Below, in pieces: positions 51,253 through 62,121 of a stretch of 64,000 nucleotides of DNA. Location: NCBI GenBank assembly GCA_965208325.1, contig OZ242326.1:384001-448000 (forward strand), in the 5' to 3' direction. This DNA comes from Candidatus Poribacteria bacterium. GTDB lineage: Bacteria; Poribacteria; WGA-4E; PCPOR2b. Position 1 is the first letter of the stretch, and every line of letters begins with the position of its first letter. A program made the position numbers and the translations under genes. The notes under the pieces are model-generated. The model saw only the letters and a program-made list of their open reading frames with translations. It made no database searches and was not told the origin of the DNA.

Positions 51253-52434
51253 TTATTGATTGCAAAAGTTTGTAATCAATTGCAATGCGCCGTTTTCCTC
51301 CGCCTCTAACGTAATTTCGTCAAGGCGAATCTCGCACCTTTCTTGCGCTGAAAGATAAGACGCAAGAATGTAGCGTTTAATCTCCATGGCATTTTCTCCC
51401 GAGTAAATCGGTTCCTCGCCCTCAATGATTGACTTTATGAAATGGCGGGTGCTTGCCACAAAAGATGTGGACCAGTTACGCTCAGCCAACGATATGTCCG
51501 CCAAGTAAGAATCAACGCGGCCGTCAATGAATACCGCAATCGGTGGAAACACCGGGCTAGAAGACATTTTAAAATTTTTGTACATCTCTCGATTTCCGGC
51601 GGCGTCACACTGGTTAATCCACATTATCCCTTTATCACCGACGATTTCAACAAAATCATCAAGCCAGAAATTGGATGGTATCGACATTTGGGGCGAAAAC
51701 GTAAAGTCAATCTGTGCATACTTTGGGGATTCGTTGGGCGCAGTGCGAAACTTCGCACGGATGAACGCAGGCGCGTCTAAACGTGTATCCGAATCTATCC
51801 AACAGTCCACTGTTTCAAAATCTCGTTCCATAAACCATCTGACGAGCGAGAATCGGTGATATCCGTGATCTCCAATCAGCGGTCCGGACCCAGCCGTTTC
51901 AAGATTTCCCCGCCAGCTTGAAGCAGACCACGCCGACGGCCACTCGATGCCTCCTCGGATGCCTACCATCGTGCACGAACGTATGGTAAGCAATTCGCCA
52001 ATTAAGCCATCGTCAATCAACTCCTTGGCTTTGCTATAGATTGGATAGAACAATACATTTTCATAGACCCTGAGTTTTGCCCCGTTAACCCGGCACGCCT
52101 CAATCATCCGGTTTGCCTCGCTCAGATTAAGCCCCATCGGTTTCTGAACGCTGATGTTTTTCACATTCGCCTCGGCGGCTTTCAACACCATAGGGCAATG
52201 CAAATTGTGCGGCGTCAAAATTTCAACGAGGTCTAACTCTTCCTGATGGAGCATGTCTTCAAAATTTGTATACAACGCCACGTCGTATGGCAAATTCCAT
52301 TTCCGCAACCGAGCTAGCGCTGTTTCTTTATCAATATCAGCCGCGGCGACAATCTTGGCATCCTCGTTGCCGATGTAACCCAACACGTGTTCGTCGCTTA
52401 TAAATCCGAGGCCGACAAATCCAACCTTCAACAC
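51253..52434 (-). CDS. Gfo/Idh/MocA oxidoreductase
   Basis: GFVGLG, ILTPHNLH, VQKPM and DHGYH. Confidence 0.88.
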   Translation of the reverse strand: MLKVGFVGLGFISDEHVLGYIGNEDAKIVAAADIDKETALARLRKWNLPYDVALYTNFEDMLHQEELDLVEILTPHNLHCPMVLKAAEANVKNISVQKPMGLNLSEANRMIEACRVNGAKLRVYENVLFYPIYSKAKELIDDGLIGELLTIRSCTMVGIRGGIEWPSAWSASSWRGNLETAGSGPLIGDHGYHRFSLVRWFMERDFETVDCWIDSDTRLDAPAFIRAKFRTAPNESPKYAQIDFTFSPQMSIPSNFWLDDFVEIVGDKGIMWINQCDAAGNREMYKNFKMSSSPVFPPIAVFIDGRVDSYLADISLAERNWSTSFVASTRHFIKSIIEGEEPIYSGENAMEIKRYILASYLSAQERCEIRLDEITLEAEENGALQLITNFCNQ

Positions 52435-52503
52435 AGTCGTTTCACCTTTTTATCAGTTGTTGCAACTCTTTAATGATTGCCGCGCGGCATATCGGACATC
52501 AAT

Positions 52504-53394
52504 TTACGGAATTCGGTATTTGTCGTAAAAAGCGCGGTAATCTTGAAGCCCGAGCACTTCATAGAATTCGTCATCTGTGGAAATGTGATCGGCAATCTCG
52601 TTCCAATCTCCCGTTTCGTACAATTTCTTTAGACCGTCTAGCAGCCCTCTAACATACATATACAGCGTCGCAATCGAACCGATAGTCATCGCGTAACCAG
52701 TTCGTTCGAACTCTTTAATCGCAATCGGTTCCATGGGCGCGAAGAGACCCACCCTCAACCCCTTAATGCGTTTAGCGAAATATTCCATCTCAGCCACGTT
52801 TAGCGCCATAAGCATAATACCGTCCGCACCCGCGTCGACATACGCGTTGCTCCGCTCGACTACATCTTCAATCATATTCTTCTCGTAATACGTTTCGAGC
52901 GGTACCGTCCCGATTGTGTCGCATCGTGCGATAATCAGAAAATCGGGGTCCTGGCGCGCATCAACAGCTGCCTCAATTTTGCCGCACATCTCGTCTACTG
53001 AAATTAGTTGGTTGCGGGGGATGCCGGGAAGAAACGGACACTTACAAGGAAGTTGTTCGTCGTCAATGTGAATCCCTGCAACGCCCGCATCCTCAAAATC
53101 TCGAATTGAATCCATGACACTTATGGCGTTACCGTATCCTTCCTCCATGTCAGCTATCACCGGAACATCTACTGCTTTAACAACATTGCGTACGAGTAGA
53201 AGGCGCTCGGTTTTGGACATGAGCGCCAAATCCGGTTTGCCCAAGAATGAGGCTTCAGTGGAATAGCTGCCAACATACACAGCGTCAAAACCTGCCCGCT
53301 GAACTAACAATCCAGACAGGGCGTCTTGGGCGCCGACGCCAACAACCGTCTTGCCCTCGTTAATCATTTTGCGCAGTTTTGCAGTTTTTTTCAT
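52504..53394 (-). CDS. isocitrate lyase/PEP mutase superfamily enzyme
   Basis: AGFDAVY, PVIADMEEGYG, GIHIDD, IIARCD and AYVDAGAD. Confidence 0.88.
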   Translation of the reverse strand: MKKTAKLRKMINEGKTVVGVGAQDALSGLLVQRAGFDAVYVGSYSTEASFLGKPDLALMSKTERLLLVRNVVKAVDVPVIADMEEGYGNAISVMDSIRDFEDAGVAGIHIDDEQLPCKCPFLPGIPRNQLISVDEMCGKIEAAVDARQDPDFLIIARCDTIGTVPLETYYEKNMIEDVVERSNAYVDAGADGIMLMALNVAEMEYFAKRIKGLRVGLFAPMEPIAIKEFERTGYAMTIGSIATLYMYVRGLLDGLKKLYETGDWNEIADHISTDDEFYEVLGLQDYRAFYDKYRIP

Positions 53395-53484
53395 AATAAC
53401 CTCAACGCGGATTAATGTACGAAAATCGAGTATTGCCTGATTCGCAAAACGCGAAATTTACCATTCATATTATCGCTGAGGTTC

Positions 53485-53512
53485 ATTATATCATAGACAC
53501 CAATTTTGTCAA
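53485..53512 (-). promoter_or_regulatory. consensus sigma70 promoter of the ICL/Gfo/PhyH gene run
   Basis: Minus strand TTGACA, 16-bp spacer ending in TGn, TATAAT. Confidence 0.75.
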
Positions 53513-53857
53513 TTTTTTCTCCAGTAACGATTCTTTATCCAAAAGAGGACGTTGTTAGATGGAGAGGTTAGTTATCGAAAATGACGGGCAGCAACTGATT
53601 GGTTAATATTCCCATTTTTATTTAAATAGGACTTACGCCGCAAGTTCAAGAATCCACCTGATAAGGGATCCAAGCGAACGAATAGTGAGGCATCAACCGA
53701 CCGAATAGGGAGGGCGATACTCTATAATCTTAGGGAGGGTCGCCCCCTTTTTGATCGGATTAATATGTGTAATTTTTAGCTACAGCGATTATAGCAGTTC
53801 TCTTTGAATTCGTGGATTATTCCAGCCATGCAATTTTTTCTCAGGTTCAAAGTCATA

Positions 53858-53887
53858 TTGACATTATTCTCAATTCAAGTGTATACT
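53858..53887 (+). promoter_or_regulatory. sigma70-type promoter with no adjacent gene
   Basis: TTGACA, 18 bp, TATACT. Confidence 0.45.
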
Positions 53888-53901
53888 AAACAACAATCAA
53901 T

Positions 53902-54252
53902 TAGGGCGTGTTGACATTTATGTAAAGCTGCCTGTAATCGTAGGGGCGAGGTCACCTCGCCCATTGACCAACGCGGTCAGGGAACTCCCAACCATACAGG
54001 TTGAGTGAATTGTACGTCAAGAATCATATCATGACAAAATAACAGGCGTGTTGCACCATAGTCTTGGCACAATTAAGCCGGCATTATGTACTATATTCTA
54101 GAGTATTGTTGATTTTGGCCAATCAACCTACAGGAGTCCGAAATCGTGTCTGATTGTAAACAAAGGGTTGGGTGACCCAACCCCTACGAAACGTCATGTA
54201 TCAGTGCACCGATCTTGATTGTCCGGTTGCGATGAAATGTCAACAGAACCTA
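53902..54252. mobile_element. MITE-like element with TA-bounded imperfect terminal inverted repeats, containing a REP pair
   Basis: Left end TAGGGCGTGTTGACATTT versus right end (reverse complement) TAGGTTCTGTTGACATTT, 15/18 identity. Internal GTAGGGGCGAGGTCACCTCGCCC ... GGGTTGGGTGACCCAACCCCTAC. Confidence 0.6.
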
Positions 54253-54835
54253 GGGTGTGCGAGTCATTAACTATGGTTTGCCGATATTGTCTCGGAAATT
54301 CTAATTGCACAGATCTAATCTAAAACTGATAGGACTTACACAGTTGGGCAGACACAAGGGTTGAGCCTTGCTACGCCTAATCCTAAAAGTCCGCGATTCA
54401 GACAAAAAATCCAAAATATGTGATATTTTGTGAGGTTTTGTGATTTCCGTTGAAGATCCATCAAAATTCAAAACCCTTTAAACCCGCATGATAAGCGGAC
54501 TTCAGCCGATTTCACAAGTACCGTTTCGCACATCACAAATACCTCACAAAATGTGATATATTGTGACATATAACTGTGAATGTGGTGTATTCAAAATTCC
54601 TTTGAATCCGCATGACAAGCCGATTTACACAGGGTTCATAGCCAAGAGTTAAAATGTCACAAGTTGCCTCACAAAATGTGACATGGTGTGATATTTTGTG
54701 AGGTTTTTTTTGTGTTAAACATAGAATCCGGCAGATTTCTACCAAATCAAACTATAGCCATTGCCACTAAAAATTATACATTTACTCATTGGTCTGTGGG
54801 AGAGGCTTCCTAGCCTCGATTATCAATCAGCTTTC

Positions 54836-54939
54836 GTAGGTTGGGTTACGCTCCATCCATCAAATCCCGATCGTGGTTAACCTGCCGATCGATTCGTAAT
54901 AATGAACATCATTCGTGTAATCCGCTTAACCCAACCTAC
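54836..54939. repeat. REPIN-like element
   Basis: GTAGGTTGGGTTACGC ... GCTTAACCCAACCTAC. Confidence 0.7.
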
Positions 54940-54972
54940 AAAAGCTATTGGAAAGTCCTCCCCCTGGCTAAG

Positions 54973-56626
54973 CTTACTATTACCCACAAGTCTTCGGAGG
55001 TAGTGGTTTTCTATGTTAGTGCTAAGAACTATCGTTCAATTCGACACTGTGAAAAAGGCGAAAGGTGTCAGAAATATCTCTTAACCGCTGCCACCCTCGC
55101 CAGATAACAGTCACCCCAGGCTCACCGTCGGACCTGCGCGCTAAAAAACCACCGAGCTTGGCAATCCAAATCACTACCTCAGAAACGGTAGGAACTTGCT
55201 TGGGCAAAGTGCTACGCCGATGAGACACACAATAGAGCGCTTTCCACTCATCAGATGTTAGCACACACCTACAATCCGCAGTCGGGGCATGGCGGTTCAT
55301 CATCGTCAGCCAGTACAACCGCCACGCAATCACACTGGTTAGCGCAAAGTATCGTAAAAGCCGACTTTTAGTTTGCAGACGGCACGATTCGATTTTGGTG
55401 CCGGATTTGAGGACCTTGAAATAGACTTCAATTTGCCATCTTAAACTGTACCAACGTATTCGTTCCAGAGCGTCCGAAAAATTGGCCACTTCTACATTCG
55501 TGATTAACAGCCATTCAATCGGGGTTGCCCTCGCGGGTGGATTCACCTCTGCTACCCAGATGACATTCACCTCAATTGCAGGTAGATTTGGCGATTGTGA
55601 CGCCTGCGAACGATAGGGAGGAACCAGCGTCGTTGCCGTAAAATGAACACTGACCGTAGCCTCACGAGATGCTTGGTTCCCACGAGCGGGTACCTTAACA
55701 ACTAGCATACCGGAAGCAGGTTGACTTTTGACCAAGGGATTGAGTTTACCCAGCTCATCATCAACAATTCGATTCTGAACCGCTCGAATCACGAAGGGTG
55801 TGTCTTGTGATTCAACAAAAAATTCATAAATATCGGCTTCACGGTCACAGATGGAAATTACCTCAACCCCTGCTGGAGTTTGCGCTTTGATTTCATTTAA
55901 CGCTTCAATCCATTTGTAACTCTCTTTTTCAGTCAGTGGCGGATTGGTTTTGCGAACGGTTTGCTCGGAATCTTCCCGGACCCAAACTTTATCCGTGAGT
56001 CACCCCAATGGCAATCCCGACTCAGTGAGCACTAGCGTCGTGTGTTTGACAAACCCGTAGATTTGCTGCGACTTTGTCCCAATTGGACCTAAGCCCTCGG
56101 TCAACGGGTGATGCGTGTAATTCAGATAGGTCGTATCCTGTACTGCAAAAACACGTTGATGTTCACTCATTCGTTCAACAGTACGTTGAAAGTGAGGCAC
56201 TAGAATTTTTTCTGCTGTGACCTTCTGGTTATCAAATAAACGATAAGCTGCTTTTGTGGCTGCCCAATCACCACAGGCAGCGTTGATGGAGGATTGCGGA
56301 TAGCCTGATAATTCTTCGGCGACATCAATCAGTCGCTCAGTGAGACGTTTATCTCCCAAATGAATCGTCCCAAATTCTTGGCGACTCCAAGGGAGCTTGA
56401 ACTCATCATGGTTTGAAGGCATAGTTGACTCCAATTTCGTAGTGAGGTCGTTATGATTTTCGGTAACCTAGCCCCTCGAATTTATCACATTTGCTTTCGC
56501 CAAGCAAATACTGATTCTCGATTCCGAAATGTTACCCGCCTAACTTGCAGGCAATCATGTTAGTCAAATAAGAGACGCAAAAAAACCATCACCTTCCAGA
56601 TTACCTGACTTGTGGGTAATAGTAAG
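54973..56626 (-). mobile_element. IS4-family (IS50/Tn5-like) insertion sequence, 1654 bp
   Basis: Perfect 20-bp TIRs CTTACTATTACCCACAAGTC (54973-54992; reverse complement at 56607-56626). 10-bp TSD CCTGGCTAAG at 54963-54972 and 56627-56636. Confidence 0.95.
55022..56422 (-). pseudogene. IS4/Tn5-like transposase with one in-frame TGA (56000-56002)
   Basis: LGDKRL, AAYRLF, QDTT, ...PLG*LTDKVW..., DREADIYE, Y..RWQIE.YFKVLKSG and KLGGF, all in one frame. Confidence 0.88.
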
Positions 56627-56683
56627 CCTGGCTAAGGGGGAGCTAGAGGGGGTCAGGAACTTTTCACCTCGCAGAAGATAAAG

Positions 56684-59600
56684 ATGAACCCATCCAAAGA
56701 CAAAATCAAGACTGCCCTACAACGCTTCACCGATGGACACCTCACCGAAAACGCCCGCCATCTTCTCAACACCCTCGGCTACCGCAGCCAAAGGACGCTA
56801 TCCCTCGAACCGAACACCGCCGACGGATTTATTGAGCACTTCGACACGCATAATACTATGAACCGCGAGCGGGGGCAGTTGAATGATTGGGAGTCCATCG
56901 ACTTCCTGTTTCAACTGACAGACGACGAAATCAATCAGAGCGCTCAGACTACCTTTGGCGTTGAAGGGACCGGAATAGACAAAAGCGTTTATGAATCCTA
57001 TCTCTTCTTCGCCCTAAAACTTCAGAATCGCGGCTACACCCGCACCCAACTGTCGGACATCGCCCGCGAAATCAACAAACTGCTCATGATACCCGCCATG
57101 GTCTTGTTCCAGCACGGGGATGCCCTCACCTTCGCCGTAATCGACCGCCGGCTGCACAAGCGCTACGAATCCAAAGATGTCCTTGAAAAGGTGGCGCTCA
57201 TTAAAGACATTGATTTCGCTAACCCCCACCGCGCCCACATCGACATCTTGTTCGACTTGTCGCTTAGTGAGCTACACCACCAGCATCGTTTCACCGATTT
57301 CCCGGGGCTTCATGAAGCTTGGAAATATACGCTCGACACCGAACTGCTCAACAAGCAGTTTTACAAAAAGTTGTTCAACTGGTTTGTATGGGCGGTCGAA
57401 GAGTCAAAATTTCCCGATAAAGAGAACAGAATACTGAAACCCGAACAGCATGTCATCCGCTTAATCACGCGCTTGCTTTTCGTATGGTTTATTAAAGAAA
57501 AGAGACTGGTTGCCGACGAAATATTCGACGAAAAGCAAGTTGCCCCCTTGCTGAAGGACTACAGCCGTAACACCGGCGATTCCTACTACCGTGCGGTGTT
57601 ACAAAACCTGTTTTTCGCCACGCTAAACACCGAGATTGAGAAGCGTAAGTTTAGCACAGAGAAAAACGCTACACACCGTAATTTTTCACGGTATCGTTAC
57701 AATAGCCAAATCAGTCATCCGAATAAACTTCTAGGACTATTCGCCCAAACGCCGTTCATAAACGGCGGGTTGTTCGACTGTTTGGATAGCGAGGAGGCGA
57801 CAGAGGGCGGCGGCTACCGCATTGACTGTTTTTCGGATAGACATTACAAGCGGTTGAGTATTCCCAACCGTCTCTTTTTCGACGGGGACGACGGTCTGTT
57901 CCCCCTACTGAAACACTACAAGTTCACCGTTGAGGAAAACACGCCGATTGAGCAGGAGGTCGCCCTGGATCCCGAACTCCTCGGCAAGGTGTTTGAGAAC
58001 CTGTTGGCAGCATACAACCCGGAAACTGGCGAGTCTGCCCGCAAACAGACCGGCTCATACTACACCCCGCGTCCCATAGTGGACTATATGGTAGAAGAGG
58101 CGTTGGTAGCAACGCTGGCGCAACAGGTAAACCCATCGGACGGAGATGTGAGTTTTTGGGAAGAGCGCTTGCACTATCTGCTAGACTATGCGAAGGCATT
58201 CGACGACGCGAGCGAATGGTTTGATGACGATGAGAAAGACGGACTTGTACAGGCAATTTCGGAGCTCAAGATACTAGATCCCGCGGTCGGTTCTGGCGCG
58301 TTTCCGATGGGTGTGCTGCACAAACTGACCCTCGCGCTGCGGCGGCTTGACCCGGATAACAAGCGCTGGGAACAGTTACAGCGGGAACGGGCAATACAGC
58401 GAGCGGAAGTCGCATTCGATACGAAAGATGACAGGACACGGCGCGAGGAACTCGTCGAGATTGACGAAACTTTTAAGCGGTATCGGGATTCGGATTTCGG
58501 ACGGAAATTATACCTGATTCAGAACAGTATCTTCGGCGTGGATATTCAATCCATTGCTTGCCAAATCGCCAAACTCCGCTTCTTCATCTCCCTTGCGATT
58601 GAGCAGATGCCGGATAAAGACGCGGAGAACTTCGGTATCAAGCCGTTGCCGAATCTGGAGACGCGCTTTGTTGCAGCGAATACGCTAATCGGTCTTGAAG
58701 GCGAACAAACCCTGATCAGTCCCAATGCGATAGCTTTAGAGCAAGCATTGGCTGACAACCGCGAGCGGCATTTCCATGCAACGACGCGTCCGCAAAAACT
58801 GGCGTGTAAGCGAGAGGACATAAAGTTGCGGCGGGAATTAGCAGCAGAATTAAGGCATATCGGCATGCCTGACGATGATGCCGAAAGAATTGTCCATTGG
58901 GATCCCTACGACCAGAGTGAAAGCGCGGAATGGTTTGATTCAGAATGGATGTTCGGAGTCACGGACGGGTTTGATGTGGTGATTGGGAATCCGCCGTATG
59001 TTGATTCTGAAAACATGACGAGGACTAATGCAGAGGCGAGACGATTTCTTGCCGAGAAGTATATGACTGCCAAAGGGAATTGGGACCTTTATATTCCGTT
59101 CTGGGAATTTTCACTTAATTTGATTCATGAAAAAGGTGTTGCAAGTCTCATTACTCCTAATAAATGGTTATCAATCAGCTATGGAAAGAGTTTGCGACAG
59201 TTTTCAAGGCCTTTCGTGTACAAAATTGTTGACTATTCTCGTTTTAGAGTTTTTGAACAGATGGGTGTTTTTCCCGTAGCTGTGTTTATGAGTTGCCGTG
59301 CTTGCAATTATGTACATATTGAGCGTTATTCCGAGAATCACAATCTAATCTCAGACCAAAAATTACCTGTGAACCTTTTAACTAGCAAGTTTGAAAATTG
59401 GGGCATTCTTTTGTCTGAAAATATAGACTTAGTAGTCGCGATGATGGAAAGAAGCAAAAAGTTGTCGGAGTATTGTCGGGTGGAGGCGGCATTTACAGTT
59501 TCAGAAGCTTATGAACTATCAGAACAATTACGTGAGTTTAGTTCATCAAAGCGTGATGTCTTCAGATTTGTTAATACAGGAACAATTGACCCTTATGTAT

Positions 59601-60132
59601 CCTTGTGGGGAGTAAAGAAAACAACATACTAAAAGCAAAATATAACAGACCTGTAGTTGATCGTGAGAATTTTAGAAAACGCTTTCAGAAAAGGTATATT
59701 CAGACAACTTGCTCCAAAATCATTATATCGGGCATACGACATTTTGAGGCTTTTCTTGACACCGACGGGGAATGGATTGCAGGAAAATCAACGGTGATAC
59801 TGAGGAATTTTACAGGAATTTCTATTGAACTGATGGCCGGTATATTGAACTCACGCTTAGTATCCTTTTTTCTTCAGCAATGTTTTGGAAGCCTTGCAAT
59901 GGACGGTGGTATTAGCTTTTCCCCTTCAAATGTGTCCGAAATCCCGATTCCAGATGTTAGTAAAAACAATTGCGATGATATTGTGAAGAAGGTTAATCAA
60001 ATTATCACCGCTAAATCGGTTGATATTGCAAGCGATACCTCTGAGCTCGAAAGTGAGATTGACCAGTTGGTATACTCACTGTACAAATTAACCCCTGAAG
60101 AAATGGAAATTGTGGATGAAGCAACAAGGTAA
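56684..60132 (+). pseudogene. type IIG/Eco57I-like restriction-modification enzyme (N6-adenine MTase + TRD) with -1 frameshift near 59630
   Basis: GSYYTP, ILDPAVGSGAF and VIGNPPY. The TaqI_C-like TRD continues in ORF 59605-60132 (ILNS.L...IPIP...IDQLVY.LY.LT.EE). Confidence 0.85.
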
Positions 60133-60349
60133 ATTGTCTGAATCAGAATATTCAGGATGGGCAGTTAAACAGAGTAAGCAAGATGGCGTATATGAGGCGG
60201 CCATGCATCTTGCGGAGGCGTGGTTGCGGAAAACATGTAGTTTGCAGAGGTAAGCATTAGATTTGTCTTTAGCCAGTTTTCTTTATGAGCAAATTGTGCA
60301 CATATTGTGTAAAAATCACTCGAATACACAAGATCTAGGGCGATTTCGC

Positions 60350-60378
60350 TTGCATTCCGAAGCTGGGGCGGGTATAAT
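60350..60378 (+). promoter_or_regulatory. sigma70 promoter of the small ORF-thsB-thsA operon
   Basis: TTGCAT, 17 bp, TATAAT, 31 bp upstream of ATG 60410. Confidence 0.7.
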
Positions 60379-60409
60379 TCAACATTCTTAAACAAGGTCG
60401 GTGATTCAA

Positions 60410-60541
60410 ATGCCTAGCAAACAAATTACGGCTATCAAGCTCGGACGCGATGCAAAGACAGGTCGGTTTATTTCTGTAAAGGAGGCACAGCGCCGGAAAA
60501 AGACTGCGGTAGCCGAAACCATAATTAGCATAATTAGATAG
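60410..60541 (+). CDS. small basic protein, 43 aa (not in ORF track)
   Basis: MPSKQITAIKLGRDAKTGRFISVKEAQRRKKTAVAETIISIIR*, with GGTGA RBS and an upstream promoter. Confidence 0.7.
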   Translation: MPSKQITAIKLGRDAKTGRFISVKEAQRRKKTAVAETIISIIR

Positions 60542-60561
60542 AAAGGAAAGCAGGTGATAAT

Positions 60562-61065
60562 ATGGCTTACAGAAACAAGACATACGTTTGTTTTGATGGC
60601 GATAATGACATCCACTACTATCGGTTAATGAAGGCTTGGAAACAAAATGATGGTGTCTCATTCAATTTTTTTGATGCTCACGATTTGAATACTGCGCGGG
60701 ATACAAGTTTAACACAATCGATCAGGAATCAACTTCGAGAGAGGTTGAAAAACAGCAAAATCTTAGTGGTTTTGATTGGGGAGCAAACACGGTATCTTTA
60801 TCGCTTTGTGCGATGGGAAATGGAACAAGCCTTATATTTAGGATTGCCAATCGTTGGTGTTAATCTGAATGGACTGAGACAACAAGATTCGACAAGATGT
60901 CCACCGGTAATACGCGATGAACTCGTTGTGTATGTTAGCTTTAACGCTGCTATTTTACAGTATGCTTTAGAGGATTGGATCGTGACTCACTATTCCCTCA
61001 AACAACAGGGCGAGTCGGGGCCGTATTATTACAAACAAAGTGTTTATACTGGATTGGGCTTATGA
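60562..61065 (+). CDS. thsB: Thoeris ThsB TIR-domain protein (DUF1863-like)
   Basis: MAYRNKTYVCFDGDNDIHYY.LMKAW, F.DAHD, L.ER...SK..VVLIG..T and VRWE (catalytic Glu). Confidence 0.9.
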   Translation: MAYRNKTYVCFDGDNDIHYYRLMKAWKQNDGVSFNFFDAHDLNTARDTSLTQSIRNQLRERLKNSKILVVLIGEQTRYLYRFVRWEMEQALYLGLPIVGVNLNGLRQQDSTRCPPVIRDELVVYVSFNAAILQYALEDWIVTHYSLKQQGESGPYYYKQSVYTGLGL

Positions 61066-62003
61066 AATTTTTTTTCAAATGCTCGCTTTATTTTTCTAAG
61101 ACGTATTGGAAGTATAATTGGAAAAACGCTGGGCGCGATTTTCTTCGATTTTATGGTATCTTTTGGCTAATTGTTGAGCCTTCTTCAATTTTCTTCCCTG
61201 AAATTACAGACTGGACTCGTGGTAATTGGAAATTATTTTTTGCATATGTGGCGCTTGCGCTATTATGCGCAATATGGCGTAATAATCCCGCGCCCGTTGT
61301 GAGTTGCAGATTAAGCGGCAGAGATGTTTCGATAGAAATTAGAATTAGCAACATCTTCAATGTTAAAGGGGCGGCATTTGTCATCGGTACAAATTCCACG
61401 TTTGATACGAGTATATCAAGAGGGTTGATTTCTGCGAAGAGTCTACAAGGGCAATTCACAAAAGAATATTATGATAAAGAAGAGCATCTTGACAGCGATT
61501 TGGCAGAAGCATTGGCAGAAGAAAAGTCTATTTTGTTGCATGACGATGATAGAAAAGGCAAGAAAGAAATATATGAGATAGGCACTGTGGCCAAGGTATG
61601 CCCTAAAGGGCAGCTCGTCTACTTGGTTGCAATTGCTCACATGAATAAAGAGGGAAGGGCAGAAAGTAACTTTGAGGAGGTGGTAGAGAGTCTTGGAAAA
61701 CTTTGGAATTCCATTGCTGAACGGGGTGAATTAGAACCTCTTGTAGTACCTGTTTTAGGAACAGGTCTTGCGAGGCTAGTGGAAGTTACAAGAGAGGAGA
61801 TGATCAGAGAGATTATTAAGTCGTTCATTCCTGCATGCGCGGTAAAGAAATTTTGTGAAAAATTGACAATTGTAATTTCCGAGCGTGACTATCGCGAGTG
61901 GGAAATAGATTTGCGAGAATTAGGTGATTTCCTTAGACATCGTTGTAAATACACAGATCTAAAAAACACGACAGATTCTGGAAAAGGAAAAGCAATCCCT
62001 TAA
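61062..62003 (+). CDS. thsA: Thoeris type II ThsA effector (2 TM + macro domain)
   Basis: ATGA overlap with thsB, two N-terminal TM helices, VIGTNSTFDT, SLQGQF, YEIGTV and PVLGTG. Confidence 0.85.
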   Translation: MKFFFKCSLYFSKTYWKYNWKNAGRDFLRFYGIFWLIVEPSSIFFPEITDWTRGNWKLFFAYVALALLCAIWRNNPAPVVSCRLSGRDVSIEIRISNIFNVKGAAFVIGTNSTFDTSISRGLISAKSLQGQFTKEYYDKEEHLDSDLAEALAEEKSILLHDDDRKGKKEIYEIGTVAKVCPKGQLVYLVAIAHMNKEGRAESNFEEVVESLGKLWNSIAERGELEPLVVPVLGTGLARLVEVTREEMIREIIKSFIPACAVKKFCEKLTIVISERDYREWEIDLRELGDFLRHRCKYTDLKNTTDSGKGKAIP

Positions 62004-62121
62004 TGAACTTCGTCTCAAATACGCAAGCGTTAATGACTTCGCGGAGAAAACTAGGCTTCATTTACCAACGGACATTGACGCCATGCTGACGCCACCGCAG
62101 TCTTGAATAATGACGGTTTTT

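Noticed and set aside
53640..53755. Riboswitch or ncRNA ending in a GGGCGA...TCGCCC-TTTTT hairpin
   Set aside because: A terminator-like hairpin is visible but no known aptamer is recognisable; an Rfam scan would be needed.
54419..54707. CRISPR array or canonical CRP sites
   Set aside because: The repeats are irregularly spaced and in mixed orientation; no clean TGTGA-N6-TCACA site upstream of a gene was found.
55960..56002. Selenocysteine in the transposase
   Set aside because: The position is a hydrophobic, non-catalytic site (PLGxL) and there is no convincing SECIS; a nonsense mutation is more parsimonious.
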